A stretch of DNA of 64,000 bases. Source: Escherichia coli. Its GTDB lineage: Bacteria > Pseudomonadota > Gammaproteobacteria > Enterobacterales > Enterobacteriaceae. A model generated the notes under the pieces. That model was not told where the DNA came from and made no database searches. It worked only from the letters and a program-made list of their open reading frames with translations. Within the stretch, counting starts at the first letter, position 1. The number at the start of each line of letters is the position of its first letter. Made by a program: the position numbers and the translations under genes. Below are positions 22,218 through 34,811 of the stretch, piece by piece. Where the stretch lies: the NCBI RefSeq assembly GCF_009931435.1, contig NZ_CP043414.1; one strand, 5' to 3'.

Positions 22218-24326
22218 TCAGGCTGCGGTAATCAGCCAGCAGTTGTGGATCTGGCGGTTACGGGCGAAATCCTGGGAGAGCGTTTTTTGCGTAATTTCTT
22301 GTGCTTTCAGTCCCAGTTTTGCCAGTCCGTCAAGATCCATACGGAAGCCACGTTTGTTGTTCGAGAACATGATCGTCCCACCAGCACGCAGCAGACGTTT
22401 CAAATCTTTCATCAGCGCCAGATGATCGCGCTGAACATCAAACGCATCTTCCATTCGTTTTGAGTTAGAGAAGGTTGGCGGATCGATAAAGATCAGATCG
22501 AACTGTTCATTTGCCTCACGCAGCCACGCCAGGCAATCGGCCTGAATCAGGCGATGCGCACGCCCGGTTAGGCCATTCAGACGCAGGTTGCGTTCTGCCC
22601 ACTCCAGATAAGTACGCGACATATCCACGGTGGTAGTGCTGCGTGCACCGCCTAATCCCGCGTGCACGGTGGCGCTGCCGGTATAAGAGAACAGGTTGAG
22701 GAAATCTTTGCCTTTGCTCATCTGACCGAGCATACGACGGGCGATACGGTGATCGAGGAACAGACCGGTATCGAGGTAATCCGTCAGGTTCACCCACAAG
22801 TGAGCGTTATATTCGGTGACTTCGAGAAACTCGCCCTTCTCGCCCAGTTTCTGGTACTGATTTTTGCCCTTCTGGCGTTCACGGGTTTTCAGCACCAGTT
22901 TGTTTGGCGCAATCCCCAGTACCGAAATGGTTGCAGCGATAATATCGAACAGACGCTGACGCGCTTTGTGCGCATCAATAGTTTTTGGCGGCGCATACTC
23001 CTGCACCACCACCCAGTCGGCATAACGATCAACGGCAACGTTATATTCCGGCAGATCGGCGTCATACAGGCGGTAACATTCAATCCCTTCCTGGCGAGCC
23101 CACTTCTCGAATTTTTTGAGGTTCTTACGCAGGCGGTTAGCGTAGTCTTCCGCTACCATCGCCGGTTTGCTGTCTGGAGTGCTTTCGGCAACGTGGTAAT
23201 TTTTCTGTACGCAGTCCAGCGGGCCGTTTTTTGCCTTGTACTGTTTGTCTGCACGCAGCTGCAAGCAGCTGAGTAGATCCGGCGAGGCACTAAACAAAGA
23301 GAGATTCCAGCCACCGAACTGGTTTTTCATGATTCGGCCCAGCAGACTATGCAGCGCAATCAGCGCCGGTTCGCTGTCCAGACGTTCACCGTATGGCGGG
23401 TTGCTCAACACTGTACCGTACGGCCCTTTCGGCAGCGGATTGGTCAGTTGCGCAACATCTTTCACCTCAAAGGTAATCAGTTCACCAATCCCCGCAAGAC
23501 GTGCGTTAGTGCGCGCACGTTGAATCACCCGGGCGTCGCTGTCCGAACCGTAAAAATGAGAGCTATACTCAGCCAGGCCTTTACGGGCGCGAGTTTGCGC
23601 TTCCGCTTTCACTTCCTGCCAGATAGCTTCATCATGCTGCGCCCAGCCGCTAAAGCCCCAACGCCCACGGTGCAAACCTGGTGCGCGATCGGTCGCCAGC
23701 ATCGCAGCTTCAATCAGCAACGTACCAGAACCACACATTGGATCGAGCAGCGGTGTTCCCGGCTGCCAGCCGGATCGCATCACAATCGCGGCTGCCAGGG
23801 TTTCTTTGATCGGCGCAATACCAGCACGATCGCGATAGCCACGCAGATGTAAACCATCACCACTGAGATCAAGGGCGATACTGGCAGTTTCTTTATGCAG
23901 CCAGACGTTAACGCGGATATCCGGCGCATCGCGATCAACATTTGGACGCGGCAAATTTTTCCGCGTGAAAGCATCGACGATCGCGTCTTTCACTTTCATC
24001 GCGCCGTACTGGCTGTTGCGAATGGTGTCATTTAAACCACTGAAATGGACAGCGAAGGTCGCGCCAGGATTAAACATCTCTGTCCAGTTGATCGCCTGAA
24101 CGCCGAGATAGAGGTCTAAATCACTGTAAACCTTACACTCGCCCAGCGGCAACATAATACGCGAGGCCAGGCGGCTCCACATCAGGCTCTGGTAAACAAG
24201 CCGTGTGTCGCCCTTAAAATGGACCCCACCCTGAACCACCTGGCATTCAACGGCCCCCAGGTTTTCCAGTTCAGTTTTTAACAGCTCTTCCAGCCCACGG
24301 GCCGTACTGGCAAACAGAGAATTCAT
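22218..24326 (-). CDS. rlmL: bifunctional 23S rRNA m2G2445/m7G2069 methyltransferase
   Basis: 702-aa ORF recognised as RlmKL (YcbY). Confidence 0.92.
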   Translation of the reverse strand: MNSLFASTARGLEELLKTELENLGAVECQVVQGGVHFKGDTRLVYQSLMWSRLASRIMLPLGECKVYSDLDLYLGVQAINWTEMFNPGATFAVHFSGLNDTIRNSQYGAMKVKDAIVDAFTRKNLPRPNVDRDAPDIRVNVWLHKETASIALDLSGDGLHLRGYRDRAGIAPIKETLAAAIVMRSGWQPGTPLLDPMCGSGTLLIEAAMLATDRAPGLHRGRWGFSGWAQHDEAIWQEVKAEAQTRARKGLAEYSSHFYGSDSDARVIQRARTNARLAGIGELITFEVKDVAQLTNPLPKGPYGTVLSNPPYGERLDSEPALIALHSLLGRIMKNQFGGWNLSLFSASPDLLSCLQLRADKQYKAKNGPLDCVQKNYHVAESTPDSKPAMVAEDYANRLRKNLKKFEKWARQEGIECYRLYDADLPEYNVAVDRYADWVVVQEYAPPKTIDAHKARQRLFDIIAATISVLGIAPNKLVLKTRERQKGKNQYQKLGEKGEFLEVTEYNAHLWVNLTDYLDTGLFLDHRIARRMLGQMSKGKDFLNLFSYTGSATVHAGLGGARSTTTVDMSRTYLEWAERNLRLNGLTGRAHRLIQADCLAWLREANEQFDLIFIDPPTFSNSKRMEDAFDVQRDHLALMKDLKRLLRAGGTIMFSNNKRGFRMDLDGLAKLGLKAQEITQKTLSQDFARNRQIHNCWLITAA

Positions 24327-24423
24327 ATCGTCACTTTTACTCTAAGAAAATTGTTGCGCATTATAGCTAATAAGCGCGTCATGTCATAAAGTTGAGGGCT
24401 TATTTTCATTTGAGGACCGCACC

Positions 24424-25533
24424 GTGGCGACATTAACCCGGCTTTTTATTCATCCTGTTAAATCGATGCGCGGCATTGGTCTTACACATGCTCTGGCAGA
24501 TGTCAGTGGTCTGGCCTTCGATCGCATCTTTATGATCACGGAACCTGACGGTACGTTTATTACCGCTCGCCAGTTTCCCCAGATGGTACGGTTTACTCCT
24601 TCACCTGTGCATGATGGCTTGCATCTCACCGCACCAGATGGCAGTAGCGCATATGTTCGTTTTGCTGATTTCGCAACACAAGACGCACCAACCGAAGTTT
24701 GGGGCACACATTTTACCGCGCGAATTGCGCCAGACGCGATCAACAAATGGTTAAGTGGATTTTTCTCCCGCGAAGTGCAATTGCGCTGGGTGGGGCCACA
24801 AATGACCCGGCGCGTGAAACGCCACAACACTGTACCTCTGTCATTTGCTGATGGCTATCCTTACCTTCTTGCTAACGAAGCCTCGTTACGTGATCTCCAA
24901 CACCGTTGTCCGGCCAGTGTAAAAATGGAGCAATTCCGCCCCAATCTGGTGGTTTCCGGCGCGTCAGCCTGGGAAGAAGATAGCTGGAAAGTGCTTCGTA
25001 TTGGTGATGTGGTGTTTGATGTGGTTAAACCTTGTAGCCGCTGTATTTTCACCACCGTCAGCCCAGAAAAAGGGCAAAAACATCCGGCAGGCGAACCATT
25101 AAAAACATTGCAATCTTTCCGAACAGCCCAGGATAACGGCGATGTCGATTTTGGTCAGAATTTAATTGCCCGTAATAGTGGCGTGATTCGCGTTGGCGAC
25201 GAGGTGGAAATTCTTGCAACGGCTCCGGCGAAAGTTTACGGCGCAGCTGCCGTGGACGATACCGTCGACGCCGCGCAGCAACCGGACGCAAATGTAGATA
25301 TTGACTGGCAAGGGCAGGCATTTCGTGGAAATAACCAACAGGTTCTGCTGGAGCAATTAGAAAATCGGGGAATTCGTATCCCTTATTCTTGCCGCGCGGG
25401 CATTTGTGGAAGCTGCCGTGTTCAGCTTTTAGAAGGCGAAGTCACCCCGCTCAAAAAATCAGCAATCAGCAATGATGGCACCATTCTTTGCTGTAGTTGT
25501 GTGCCGAAGACTGCGCTTAAACTAGCGCGTTAA
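24424..25533 (+). CDS. ycbX: MOSC-domain protein with C-terminal 2Fe-2S ferredoxin domain
   Basis: 369-aa ORF with a GTG start; C-terminal CxxxxCxxC...C motif; recognised as YcbX. Confidence 0.9.
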   Translation: MATLTRLFIHPVKSMRGIGLTHALADVSGLAFDRIFMITEPDGTFITARQFPQMVRFTPSPVHDGLHLTAPDGSSAYVRFADFATQDAPTEVWGTHFTARIAPDAINKWLSGFFSREVQLRWVGPQMTRRVKRHNTVPLSFADGYPYLLANEASLRDLQHRCPASVKMEQFRPNLVVSGASAWEEDSWKVLRIGDVVFDVVKPCSRCIFTTVSPEKGQKHPAGEPLKTLQSFRTAQDNGDVDFGQNLIARNSGVIRVGDEVEILATAPAKVYGAAAVDDTVDAAQQPDANVDIDWQGQAFRGNNQQVLLEQLENRGIRIPYSCRAGICGSCRVQLLEGEVTPLKKSAISNDGTILCCSCVPKTALKLAR

Positions 25534-26072
25534 ACTGCCTGTTCGAGGCTGAAACTGTCAACATTAACCTGCGGTTTCAGCCTGTCATTCATGATTTTGA
25601 TGGCGTCCCCCAACTGCATCGCGCGACCCGCAATAACAACGCAGGGTTGTGCCAGCAGGCACAGTGCGGCATTTTCGCCAGATTCAACGACCAGCAAATT
25701 GACCTGCTCGTAAGTGTCGCTCAACCAAACGCAGGCCGCATCGCCCGGCATGGGCACCCACATTTCACCATGGGAAACAAAATGCCAGCTTTTCGGCATT
25801 TGCGGTTTGAGATAACGAATTGCTACCAGCGCATTAAGCACCAGTTCGGCTTTTTGTTCTTTAGATAAATTAAAATCGCGGCATTTTTCTTCAAATGAGA
25901 AATAGAGCGCGGCGTCGTCAACGCAAAAGCCTGCGGGAGAAAAGGCATCTGGAGTCAACATTTTGCGCGCAAAACGTGAGCGAAATAGCATACCATTGGC
26001 TAAATCGAGCATCATTCGATCGTGCTCTTCATCGTAATACCAACGCCAGTTATCGTCTGGTTTAATTCGCAT
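25530..26072 (-). CDS. zapC: cell-division protein ZapC
   Basis: 180 aa from [19 protein letters not shown]...; convergent 4-nt overlap with ycbX. Confidence 0.9.
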   Translation of the reverse strand: MRIKPDDNWRWYYDEEHDRMMLDLANGMLFRSRFARKMLTPDAFSPAGFCVDDAALYFSFEEKCRDFNLSKEQKAELVLNALVAIRYLKPQMPKSWHFVSHGEMWVPMPGDAACVWLSDTYEQVNLLVVESGENAALCLLAQPCVVIAGRAMQLGDAIKIMNDRLKPQVNVDSFSLEQAV

Positions 26073-26245
26073 TTGCCTCTCCCCTACCCTATAAAACCGC
26101 AGCAACACAATCCATTGTCGCTTCGCTTAATAACCTCAACAATAAAAGTACAAAATGTCTAAATAAGCAACAGCGATGAATATAAAACAACCAGGGCTTA
26201 AAATAAAGCCCTGATTATCTTATAAAGAGGAATTCGAAGAAATAA

Positions 26246-27256
26246 TTAGATATGGGTAACGATTTCTTTAATCAGCGGCGGTCCTTTAAAAATAAAACCA
26301 GAATAAATTTGCACCAGTGAGGCCCCCGCAGCAATCTTTTCACGCGCAGCGATAACCGAGTCAATGCCGCCAACACCGATGATCGGTAAGCGACCGTTTA
26401 ATTCCTGAGACAAACGGCGAATAATTTCGGTGCTTTTTAACTGTAGCGGACGACCACTTAAGCCACCGGTTTGATCACAATTTTTCATTCCCTGAACCAG
26501 AGAACGATCGAGCGTGGTATTGGTTGCAATAACGCCATCAATATTATGGCGAACTAAACTATCGGCAACCTGGATCAATTCTTCTTCAGAAAGATCCGGC
26601 GCGATCTTCACGGCGATCGGCACATATTTATGGTGCATCGCTTGCAAATCATTTTGCTTATTTTTAATCGCGGTTAAGAGATCATCCAGCGCTTCGCCAT
26701 ATTGCAGTGTGCGTAATCCTGGGGTATTCGGCGATGAAATATTGATGGCGATATATCCCGCATAGGCATAGATTTTTTCCATACAAATCAGATAGTCATC
26801 TTTACCCTGCTCCACCGGCGTATCTTTATTTTTGCCGATATTAATCCCCAGAACACCATCGTAATGAGCTTTTTTTACGTTCTCAACGAGGTTATCAACG
26901 CCGAGATTATTAAAGCCCATACGGTTGATCAAACCTTCGGCATCTACCAGACGAAAGAGACGCGGCTTGTCATTACCTGGCTGTGGACGTGGCGTGACGG
27001 TACCGATCTCGATAGATCCAAACCCCATCGCGCCTAACGCGTCAATGCACTCCCCGTCTTTATCAAGACCGGCTGCCAGACCAAGCGGATTTTTAAACGT
27101 CAGGCCCATGCAGTTAACAGGTTTCGCAGGCACTTTCTGCCGCACCAGTGCTTCAAACGGTGTTCCTGTAATACGGCGTAATTGCTGAAAAGTAAACTCA
27201 TGAGCGCGCTCTGGATCGAGCTGGAAAAGGGCTTTACGAACGAAGGGGTAGTACAT
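26246..27256 (-). CDS. pyrD: dihydroorotate dehydrogenase (quinone)
   Basis: 336 aa from [21 protein letters not shown]...; the track ORF has a 9-aa extension. Confidence 0.95.
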   Translation of the reverse strand: MYYPFVRKALFQLDPERAHEFTFQQLRRITGTPFEALVRQKVPAKPVNCMGLTFKNPLGLAAGLDKDGECIDALGAMGFGSIEIGTVTPRPQPGNDKPRLFRLVDAEGLINRMGFNNLGVDNLVENVKKAHYDGVLGINIGKNKDTPVEQGKDDYLICMEKIYAYAGYIAINISSPNTPGLRTLQYGEALDDLLTAIKNKQNDLQAMHHKYVPIAVKIAPDLSEEELIQVADSLVRHNIDGVIATNTTLDRSLVQGMKNCDQTGGLSGRPLQLKSTEIIRRLSQELNGRLPIIGVGGIDSVIAAREKIAAGASLVQIYSGFIFKGPPLIKEIVTHI

Positions 27257-27492
27257 GAACTCTCCTGGATTCCCGGTGTGCAAACCGGGGGCGTATTATG
27301 TGCGAGTTCGGACCAAAAGGGAATTGACCTACGGCAATAAATAGCAAACGTTTTCTTATTGCGCTTTTTTTATGCTTTTTTTGGCTTTGCTTCGTCAGAT
27401 AAATCATTTCGACTCGCGGACGCCCTCTGTCAGACTGACCAAATTGTTATCAATTTTAACAAAACAAGAACAATTGGTTATAAGGAGAGAGT

Positions 27493-28068
27493 ATGCGTGT
27501 CATCACCCTGGCGGGGAGTCCTCGCTTTCCTTCTCGCTCCAGCTCCTTGCTGGAATATGCGCGGGAAAAACTGAATGGCCTGGATGTAGAGGTTTATCAC
27601 TGGAATCTGCAAAACTTCGCCCCGGAAGATCTGCTTTATGCTCGTTTCGATAGTCCGGCACTCAAGACCTTCACCGAACAGCTGCAACAGGCTGATGGAC
27701 TGATAGTCGCTACACCTGTGTATAAAGCCGCCTATTCCGGTGCGCTGAAAACCCTGCTCGACCTGCTGCCAGAGCGCGCTTTGCAAGGCAAAGTGGTGCT
27801 GCCGCTGGCGACGGGCGGCACGGTGGCTCACCTTTTGGCGGTCGATTACGCCCTTAAACCGGTTTTAAGCGCACTGAAAGCCCAGGAGATCCTGCACGGC
27901 GTGTATGCCGATGACTCACAGGTGATTGATTACCACCACAAACCCCAATTCACGCCAAATCTGCAAACCCGTCTTGATACCGCGCTAGAAACTTTCTGGC
28001 AGGCACTTCACCGCCGTGATGTTCAGGTTCCTGACCTTCTGTCTCTGCGAGGTAATGCCCATGCGTAA
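27493..28068 (+). CDS. ssuE: NADPH-dependent FMN reductase
   Basis: 191-aa ORF with an aaggag RBS; first gene of ssuEADCB. Confidence 0.93.
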   Translation: MRVITLAGSPRFPSRSSSLLEYAREKLNGLDVEVYHWNLQNFAPEDLLYARFDSPALKTFTEQLQQADGLIVATPVYKAAYSGALKTLLDLLPERALQGKVVLPLATGGTVAHLLAVDYALKPVLSALKAQEILHGVYADDSQVIDYHHKPQFTPNLQTRLDTALETFWQALHRRDVQVPDLLSLRGNAHA

Positions 28069-29020
28069 GATCATTAAACTGGCGCTGGCGGGATTGCTTA
28101 GCGTCTCTACACTCGCGATTGCCGCAGAGTCGTCTCCAGATGCGTTACGTATTGGCTATCAGAAAGGCAGTATTGGTATGGTGCTGGCAAAAAGCCACCA
28201 ATTATTGGAAAAACGCTATCCGCAAACAAAAATCTCGTGGGTGGAGTTCCCCGCTGGCCCACAGATGCTGGAGGCGTTAAACGTTGGCAGTATCGATCTC
28301 GGCAGTACCGGGGATATTCCACCAATCTTTGCCCAGGCTGCCGGGGCTGATTTGGTGTACGTGGGCGTCGAGCCGCCGAAGCCCAAAGCCGAAGTGATTC
28401 TGGTGGCAGATAACAGTCCGATCAAAACCGTAGCCGATCTTAAAGGTCACAAAGTTGCCTTTCAGAAAGGTTCCAGCTCGCACAATCTTTTACTACGCGC
28501 ACTACGCCAGGCCGGGCTTAAATTCACGGATATCCAGCCCACTTACCTGACGCCTGCCGATGCCCGCGCCGCGTTCCAGCAAGGTAACGTCGACGCATGG
28601 GCTATCTGGGATCCCTACTACTCCGCTGCGTTATTACAGGGCGGCGTGCGGGTGCTGAAAGACGGCACCGATCTTAATCAAACCGGCTCGTTTTACCTGG
28701 CAGCTCGTCCCTATGCAGAAAAAAACGGCGCATTTATTCAGGGTGTACTGGCAACCTTTAGTGAGGCCGATGCGTTAACCCGCAGCCAGCGCGAGCAAAG
28801 CATCGCTTTACTGGCAAAAACGATGGGCTTACCAACGCCGGTGATTGCCTCTTATTTAGATCATCGCCCCCCTACCACCATCAAACCGGTTAACGCCGAG
28901 GTTGCCGCCTTACAGCAGCAAACGGCAGATCTGTTTTATGAAAACCGTCTGGTACCGAAAAAAGTCGATATCCGCCAGCGCATCTGGCAGCCCACTCAAC
29001 TGGAAGGAAAACAATTATGA
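28061..29020 (+). CDS. ssuA: aliphatic sulfonate ABC transporter periplasmic binding protein
   Basis: 319 aa from [15 protein letters not shown]... with a signal peptide; 8-nt overlap with ssuE. Confidence 0.92.
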   Translation: MRKIIKLALAGLLSVSTLAIAAESSPDALRIGYQKGSIGMVLAKSHQLLEKRYPQTKISWVEFPAGPQMLEALNVGSIDLGSTGDIPPIFAQAAGADLVYVGVEPPKPKAEVILVADNSPIKTVADLKGHKVAFQKGSSSHNLLLRALRQAGLKFTDIQPTYLTPADARAAFQQGNVDAWAIWDPYYSAALLQGGVRVLKDGTDLNQTGSFYLAARPYAEKNGAFIQGVLATFSEADALTRSQREQSIALLAKTMGLPTPVIASYLDHRPPTTIKPVNAEVAALQQQTADLFYENRLVPKKVDIRQRIWQPTQLEGKQL

Positions 29021-30162
29021 GTCTGTATATGTTCTGGTTTTTACCGACCCACGGAGACGGACATTACCTGGGAACGGAAGAAGGTTCACGCCCGGTTGAT
29101 CACGGTTATCTGCAACAAATTGCGCAAGCGGCGGATCGTCTGGGCTATACCGGTGTGCTAATTCCCACAGGGCGCTCGTGTGAAGATGCGTGGCTGGTGG
29201 CAGCGTCGATGATCCCTGTGACGCAACGGTTGAAGTTTCTTGTTGCCCTGCGCCCCAGCGTAACCTCACCTACCGTTGCTGCCCGCCAGGCCGCCACGCT
29301 GGATCGTCTCTCTAACGGACGCGCGTTGTTTAATCTGGTCACAGGCAGCGATCCGCAAGAGCTGGCAGGCGACGGCGTATTCCTCGATCATTGCGAGCGT
29401 TACGAAGCCTCGTCTGAATTTACACAGGTCTGGCGGCGCTTATTGCAGGGCGAAACCGTCGATTTTAACGGTAAACATATACATGTACGCGGAGCAAAAC
29501 TGCTCTTCCCGCCAATTCAACAGCCCTATCCTCCGCTTTACTTTGGCGGCTCGTCAGACGTCGCCCAGGATCTGGCCGCTGAACAGGTTGATCTCTACCT
29601 CACCTGGGGCGAACCACCGGAGCTGGTAAAAGAGAAGATCGCGCAAGTGCGGGCGAAAGCTGCCGCGCATGGACGCAAAATTCGTTTCGGTATTCGTCTG
29701 CATGTGATTGTTCGTGAAACTAACGACGAAGCGTGGCAGGCCGCCGAGCGGTTAATCTCGCATCTTGATGATGAGACCATCGCCAAAGCACAAGCCGCGT
29801 TTGCCCGCACCGATTCCGTGGGGCAACAGCGAATGGCGGCGCTACATAACGGCAAGCGCGACAATCTGGAAATCAGCCCCAATTTATGGGCGGGCGTTGG
29901 CTTAGTGCGCGGCGGTGCCGGGACGGCGTTGGTGGGCGATGGTCCGACGGTCGCCGCGCGAATCAACGAATACGCTGCGCTTGGCATCGACAGCTTTGTG
30001 CTTTCTGGTTATCCGCATCTGGAAGAAGCGTATCGGGTCGGCGAGTTGTTGTTCCCACATCTGGATATTGCCATTCCGGAAATTCCCCAGCCACAACCGC
30101 TGAATCCGCAAGGCGAAGCGGTGGCGAATGATTTTATCCCCCGTAACGTCGCGCAAAGCTAA
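29017..30162 (+). CDS. ssuD: FMNH2-dependent alkanesulfonate monooxygenase
   Basis: 381-aa ORF; 4-nt overlap with ssuA. Confidence 0.94.
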   Translation: MSLYMFWFLPTHGDGHYLGTEEGSRPVDHGYLQQIAQAADRLGYTGVLIPTGRSCEDAWLVAASMIPVTQRLKFLVALRPSVTSPTVAARQAATLDRLSNGRALFNLVTGSDPQELAGDGVFLDHCERYEASSEFTQVWRRLLQGETVDFNGKHIHVRGAKLLFPPIQQPYPPLYFGGSSDVAQDLAAEQVDLYLTWGEPPELVKEKIAQVRAKAAAHGRKIRFGIRLHVIVRETNDEAWQAAERLISHLDDETIAKAQAAFARTDSVGQQRMAALHNGKRDNLEISPNLWAGVGLVRGGAGTALVGDGPTVAARINEYAALGIDSFVLSGYPHLEEAYRVGELLFPHLDIAIPEIPQPQPLNPQGEAVANDFIPRNVAQS

Positions 30163-30172
30163 GGAAGAAATA

Positions 30173-30964
30173 ATGGCAACGCCAGTGAAGAAGTGGTTAT
30201 TGCGCGTTGCCCCCTGGTTTTTACCGGTGGGCATCGTGGCGGTGTGGCAACTGGCCTCCTCGGTTGGCTGGCTGTCGACGCGTATTTTGCCCTCTCCGGA
30301 AGGGGTGGTAATGGCGTTCTGGTCGCTCTCAGCCAGCGGCGAATTGTGGCAGCATCTGGCGATCAGCTCCTGGCGGGCGTTGATTGGTTTTTCAATTGGC
30401 GGATCGCTGGGGTTGATTCTGGGACTGATAAGCGGACTGTCGCGCTGGGGAGAAAGGCTGCTGGATACCTCAATTCAGATGTTGCGCAACGTGCCGCATC
30501 TGGCGCTGATCCCGCTGGTGATTTTGTGGTTTGGTATTGATGAATCCGCAAAAATCTTTCTGGTGGCGCTCGGCACGCTATTCCCCATTTATATCAACAC
30601 CTGGCACGGCATCCGTAATATCGATCGCGGTCTGGTGGAAATGGCGCGTAGCTATGGATTATCCGGCATACCGCTGTTTATCCATGTGATCCTGCCTGGT
30701 GCCCTGCCCTCAATTATGGTCGGCGTACGTTTTGCGTTGGGCCTGATGTGGCTGACGCTGATTGTTGCCGAAACCATTTCTGCCAATTCCGGCATTGGTT
30801 ATCTGGCGATGAATGCGCGGGAGTTTTTGCAAACGGATGTGGTGGTAGTCGCCATTATTCTCTACGCCCTGCTCGGCAAACTTGCTGACGTCAGCGCGCA
30901 GCTGTTAGAGCACCTCTGGCTGCGCTGGAATCCGGCTTATCATTTGAAGGAGGCCACGGTATGA
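30173..30964 (+). CDS. ssuC: aliphatic sulfonate ABC transporter permease
   Basis: 263 aa from [15 protein letters not shown]..., with an aaggaag RBS. Confidence 0.92.
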   Translation: MATPVKKWLLRVAPWFLPVGIVAVWQLASSVGWLSTRILPSPEGVVMAFWSLSASGELWQHLAISSWRALIGFSIGGSLGLILGLISGLSRWGERLLDTSIQMLRNVPHLALIPLVILWFGIDESAKIFLVALGTLFPIYINTWHGIRNIDRGLVEMARSYGLSGIPLFIHVILPGALPSIMVGVRFALGLMWLTLIVAETISANSGIGYLAMNAREFLQTDVVVVAIILYALLGKLADVSAQLLEHLWLRWNPAYHLKEATV

Positions 30965-31728
30965 ATACTGCTCGTCTGAACCAGGGCACACCCTTGTTAC
31001 TCAATGCAGTAAGCAAACATTACGCAGAAAATATCGTTCTGAACCAACTGGATTTACATATTCCGGCAGGTCAGTTTGTGGCGGTGGTGGGCCGCAGCGG
31101 TGGTGGCAAAAGTACCCTGCTGCGCCTGCTGGCAGGTCTGGAAACGCCAACCGCAGGCGATGTGTTAGCGGGTACCACGCCGCTAGCTGAGATTCAGGAA
31201 GACACGCGAATGATGTTTCAGGATGCGCGTCTGCTACCGTGGAAATCGGTGATTGATAACGTTGGGCTGGGCCTTAAAGGCCAGTGGCGCGATGCCGCGC
31301 GTCGGGCGCTGGCTGCGGTAGGGCTGGAGAATCGCGCGCGGGAATGGCCTGCCGCACTTTCTGGCGGGCAGAAACAGCGTGTGGCGCTGGCAAGAGCGTT
31401 GATTCATCGACCGGGTTTATTATTGCTTGATGAACCGCTCGGGGCGCTGGACGCCCTGACTCGGCTCGAGATGCAGGATTTGATTGTGTCACTTTGGCAG
31501 GAGCACGGCTTTACCGTACTGTTGGTGACGCATGATGTGAGCGAAGCGGTAGCAATGGCGGACCGGGTGTTGTTAATTGAAGAGGGAAAAATTGGTCTGG
31601 ATTTGACGGTGGATATCCCCCGTCCGCGCCGGTTAGGGTCGGTGAGATTAGCAGAGCTGGAAGCGGAAGTGTTGCAACGGGTGATGCAGCGTGGGCACTC
31701 TGAACAACCGATTCGGCGTCATGGTTAA
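30961..31728 (+). CDS. ssuB: aliphatic sulfonate ABC transporter ATPase
   Basis: 255-aa ORF with Walker [10 protein letters not shown] and an ABC signature; 4-nt overlap with ssuC. Confidence 0.94.
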   Translation: MNTARLNQGTPLLLNAVSKHYAENIVLNQLDLHIPAGQFVAVVGRSGGGKSTLLRLLAGLETPTAGDVLAGTTPLAEIQEDTRMMFQDARLLPWKSVIDNVGLGLKGQWRDAARRALAAVGLENRAREWPAALSGGQKQRVALARALIHRPGLLLLDEPLGALDALTRLEMQDLIVSLWQEHGFTVLLVTHDVSEAVAMADRVLLIEEGKIGLDLTVDIPRPRRLGSVRLAELEAEVLQRVMQRGHSEQPIRRHG

Positions 31729-31729
31729 T

Positions 31730-31925
31730 ATGCCGGATGTGGCGCACAAAAACAGCGGTTTCAACGGATTGTAGGCCTGATAAGACGCGTCAAGCGTCGC
31801 ATCAGGCATTTGGGCACGGCTGCCGGATGCGGCGTGAACGCCTTATCCAGCCTACAAAACCAGCATTTTCAACGGACTTGTAGGCCTGATAAGACGCGTC
31901 AAGCGTCGCATCCGGCATTTGGGCT
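31730..31925. repeat. REP/BIME cluster: three REP palindromes in alternating orientation, with an about 55-bp imperfect direct repeat
   Basis: taggcctgataagacgcgtcaagcgtcgcatcaggca (31771-31807), gccggatgcggcgtgaacgccttatccagcctac (31821-31854), and a second gcctgataagacgcgtcaagcgtcgcatccggc copy (31879-31914). Confidence 0.85.
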
Positions 31926-31933
31926 CAAAAGTA

Positions 31934-34546
31934 TCAAGCCAGTGCTTTAGTTATCTTCTCGTACAGATCGCCAGAGAGATTTTCCAGCCCTTTCAACTGC
32001 TCCAGCGCCGCGCGCATTTTCTCCTGACGTTTGGCATCGTAACGCTTCAGGCGAATCAGCGGTTCAATCAGACGTGAAGCCACCTGCGGGTTACGGCTGT
32101 TGAGGTCGGTAAGCATTTCCACCAGGAACTGGTAACCGCTGCCATCTTCGGCATGGAACGCTGCCGGGTTGCTGCCCGCAAACGCGCCAATCAACGAACG
32201 AATGCGGTTCGGGTTGCTCATGGTAAATGAGCGATGCTGCAACAGACCACGCACCGTCTCCAGCACATTCGCCGCCGGGCTGGTGGCTTGCAGGATAAAC
32301 CATTTATCCATCACCAGACCATCCTGATGCCACTTGTCGTCGTACTCCTGCATCAGCGCGTCACGGCATGGCAGCTGTGCAGCAACCGCCGCAGAAAGCG
32401 CGGCCAGCGCATCGGTCATATTGTTTGCTTCATGGAACTGCTTGCTTACCAGCACGTCAGCCAGATGCGTTTCACCAAAAGCGAGGAAGCGCAGGCAGGC
32501 ATTTCGCAGAGTGCGTTTTGCAATATCTTCATGCTCAACGCGATACTCGCTCTGGTAATTCGCGTTGTAAATAGCCAGCAGCTCATCCGCCAGTTCAGTC
32601 GCCAGAGTACGGGTGAGTGCTTCACGCACTTCGGCAATAGCAATCGGATCGATGATATCGAACAGTTCTGCCATTTCATTGACGGAAGGCAGCGTCAGAA
32701 TTTCTGCCGCCAGCGCCGGATCAATCCTCTCATCGAGCAGCACCGCGCGGAAAGCGTCAGCCACATGCACCGGCAGAGACAGCGGCTGCCCTTGCTGATG
32801 ACGGGCGACGTTGAGCTTGATGTAGGTTGCCAGCAGGCTTTGCGCCGCATCCCAGCGGGAGAAATCATTACGCGCATGACGCATCAGGAAGGTCAGTTGC
32901 TGATCGCTCCACTTATATTCCAGTTTCACTGGCGCAGAGAATTCGCACAGCAGTGCGGGCACCGGCTGGAAGTAGACATTATCAAAGACAAAGGTCTGTT
33001 CCGCCTGGGTGACGTTCAGCACCGAATTCACCGGGTGACCGCCTTTCTGCAACGGGATCACTTTGCCTTCGTTGTCATACAGTTCGATGGCAAACGGAAT
33101 ATGCAGCGGCTGTTTTTCTGCCTGATCCGGCGTAGCAGGCGTGCGCTGGCTGATGGTCAGGGTGTACTGCTCGGTTTCCGGATTATAGTCGTCTTTGACG
33201 GTCACAACCGGCGTACCGGACTGGCTGTACCAACGGCGGAAATGGGAGAGATCGACATTTGACGCATCTTCCATCGCCTGAACAAAGTCGTCGCAGGTTG
33301 CCGCACTGCCATCATGGCGCTCGAAATAGAGCTGCATCCCTTTCTGGAAGTTTTCTTCGCCCAGCAGAGTGTGGATCATGCGAATCACTTCCGCGCCCTT
33401 CTCATAAACGGTCAGGGTGTAGAAGTTGTTCATTTCAATAACCATATCCGGGCGGATCGGGTGCGCCATCGGGCTGGCATCTTCCGCAAACTGCAACCCG
33501 CGCATGGTGCGCACGTTGTTGATACGGTTTACTGCGCGGGAACCAAGATCAGAGCTGAACTCCTGATCGCGGAACACGGTTAAGCCTTCTTTCAGGCTGA
33601 GCTGGAACCAGTCGCGGCAGGTCACACGGTTACCGGTCCAGTTATGGAAATATTCATGACCAATAACGCGCTCAATATCGAGATAATCTTTATCGGTCGC
33701 GGTATCGGTGCGCGCCAGTACATACTTAGAGTTAAAGATGTTAAGACCTTTATTCTCCATTGCGCCCATATTGAAGAAATCCACCGCGACGATCATATAG
33801 ATGTCGAGGTCATACTCCAGGCCGAAGCGTTCTTCATCCCATTTCATGGAGTTTTTCAGCGAGGTCATCGCCCATGGCGCACGATCAAGATTGCCGCGAT
33901 CGACGTACAGCTCCAGCGCTACTTCGCGACCAGAACGCGTGGTGAAGGTGTCGCGCAGTACATCAAAGTCACCTGCCACCAGCGCAAACAGGTAGCACGG
34001 TTTCGGGAACGGGTCCTGCCATTGTACCCAGTGGCGTCCATTTTCCAGTTCGCCTTGCGCAACGCGGTTACCGTTGGAAAGCAGGAACGGGTATTTGGTT
34101 TTATCGGCAATAATTTTGGTGGTAAAACGCGCCAGCACGTCCGGGCGGTCGAGATAATACGTAATATGGCGGAAACCTTCGGCTTCACACTGGGTGCAAA
34201 GCGCATCGCCTGACTGATAAAGCCCTTCCAGCGCAGTATTCGCCGCTGGGCTAATTTCATTAACGATCTTGAGCGTAAAACGCTCCGGCAAATTACTGAT
34301 GACCAGTGCGCCCTCTTCTTCTTTCCAGGCGGTCCACGTCTCATCATTAATATGAACAGAAACCAGTTTAAGATCTTCGCCATCAAGACGAAGCGGAGCA
34401 TCTGATGCACCATGACGGACAGCCTGGCTGACCGCGGTAACGACCGTCTTTTGCGCGTCCAGGTCAAAGGTCAAGTCAATATCAGTAATCTGGTAATCCG
34501 GCGCACGATAATCGTGACGGTATTTGGCTTGTGGCTGTTGAGTCAT
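31934..34546 (-). CDS. pepN: aminopeptidase N
   Basis: 870-aa ORF with an M1 zinc-metallopeptidase HEYFHNWTGN motif. Confidence 0.96.
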   Translation of the reverse strand: MTQQPQAKYRHDYRAPDYQITDIDLTFDLDAQKTVVTAVSQAVRHGASDAPLRLDGEDLKLVSVHINDETWTAWKEEEGALVISNLPERFTLKIVNEISPAANTALEGLYQSGDALCTQCEAEGFRHITYYLDRPDVLARFTTKIIADKTKYPFLLSNGNRVAQGELENGRHWVQWQDPFPKPCYLFALVAGDFDVLRDTFTTRSGREVALELYVDRGNLDRAPWAMTSLKNSMKWDEERFGLEYDLDIYMIVAVDFFNMGAMENKGLNIFNSKYVLARTDTATDKDYLDIERVIGHEYFHNWTGNRVTCRDWFQLSLKEGLTVFRDQEFSSDLGSRAVNRINNVRTMRGLQFAEDASPMAHPIRPDMVIEMNNFYTLTVYEKGAEVIRMIHTLLGEENFQKGMQLYFERHDGSAATCDDFVQAMEDASNVDLSHFRRWYSQSGTPVVTVKDDYNPETEQYTLTISQRTPATPDQAEKQPLHIPFAIELYDNEGKVIPLQKGGHPVNSVLNVTQAEQTFVFDNVYFQPVPALLCEFSAPVKLEYKWSDQQLTFLMRHARNDFSRWDAAQSLLATYIKLNVARHQQGQPLSLPVHVADAFRAVLLDERIDPALAAEILTLPSVNEMAELFDIIDPIAIAEVREALTRTLATELADELLAIYNANYQSEYRVEHEDIAKRTLRNACLRFLAFGETHLADVLVSKQFHEANNMTDALAALSAAVAAQLPCRDALMQEYDDKWHQDGLVMDKWFILQATSPAANVLETVRGLLQHRSFTMSNPNRIRSLIGAFAGSNPAAFHAEDGSGYQFLVEMLTDLNSRNPQVASRLIEPLIRLKRYDAKRQEKMRAALEQLKGLENLSGDLYEKITKALA

Positions 34547-34811
34547 AAATAACCTTTAGCATCTTTTATAGAGTCTGGTGTTCAGTCTATTCCTGTTGCG
34601 TAAATCGCGCTATGCAGAATCTTCATCTTTTCAGGTACAAACGCCTTTATTGCTACATTTTTATAACATACACCGCGTAATGCCATCGACCAGAAAGGTG
34701 GCATATGGTGTGATCGGGGTTCAATAAATTGCGAAACAAGGTATACTCCAGCAGTTCCTGAAGATGTTTATTGTACTAAACGCTCCTGTACGAGGACGCT
34801 ACTGCGCACCT

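Noticed and set aside
22662-23852. Plus-strand ORFs of 204 and 167 aa antisense to rlmL
   Set aside because: Embedded in rlmL with no independent signals.
31730-31925. Possibility that the repeated palindromes are a small CRISPR array
   Set aside because: There are only two or three units in alternating orientation matching REP consensus, with no regular repeat-spacer periodicity and no cas genes nearby.
32234-34213. Plus-strand ORFs of 342 and 189 aa antisense to pepN
   Set aside because: Embedded in the 870-aa pepN gene; a shadow-ORF artefact.
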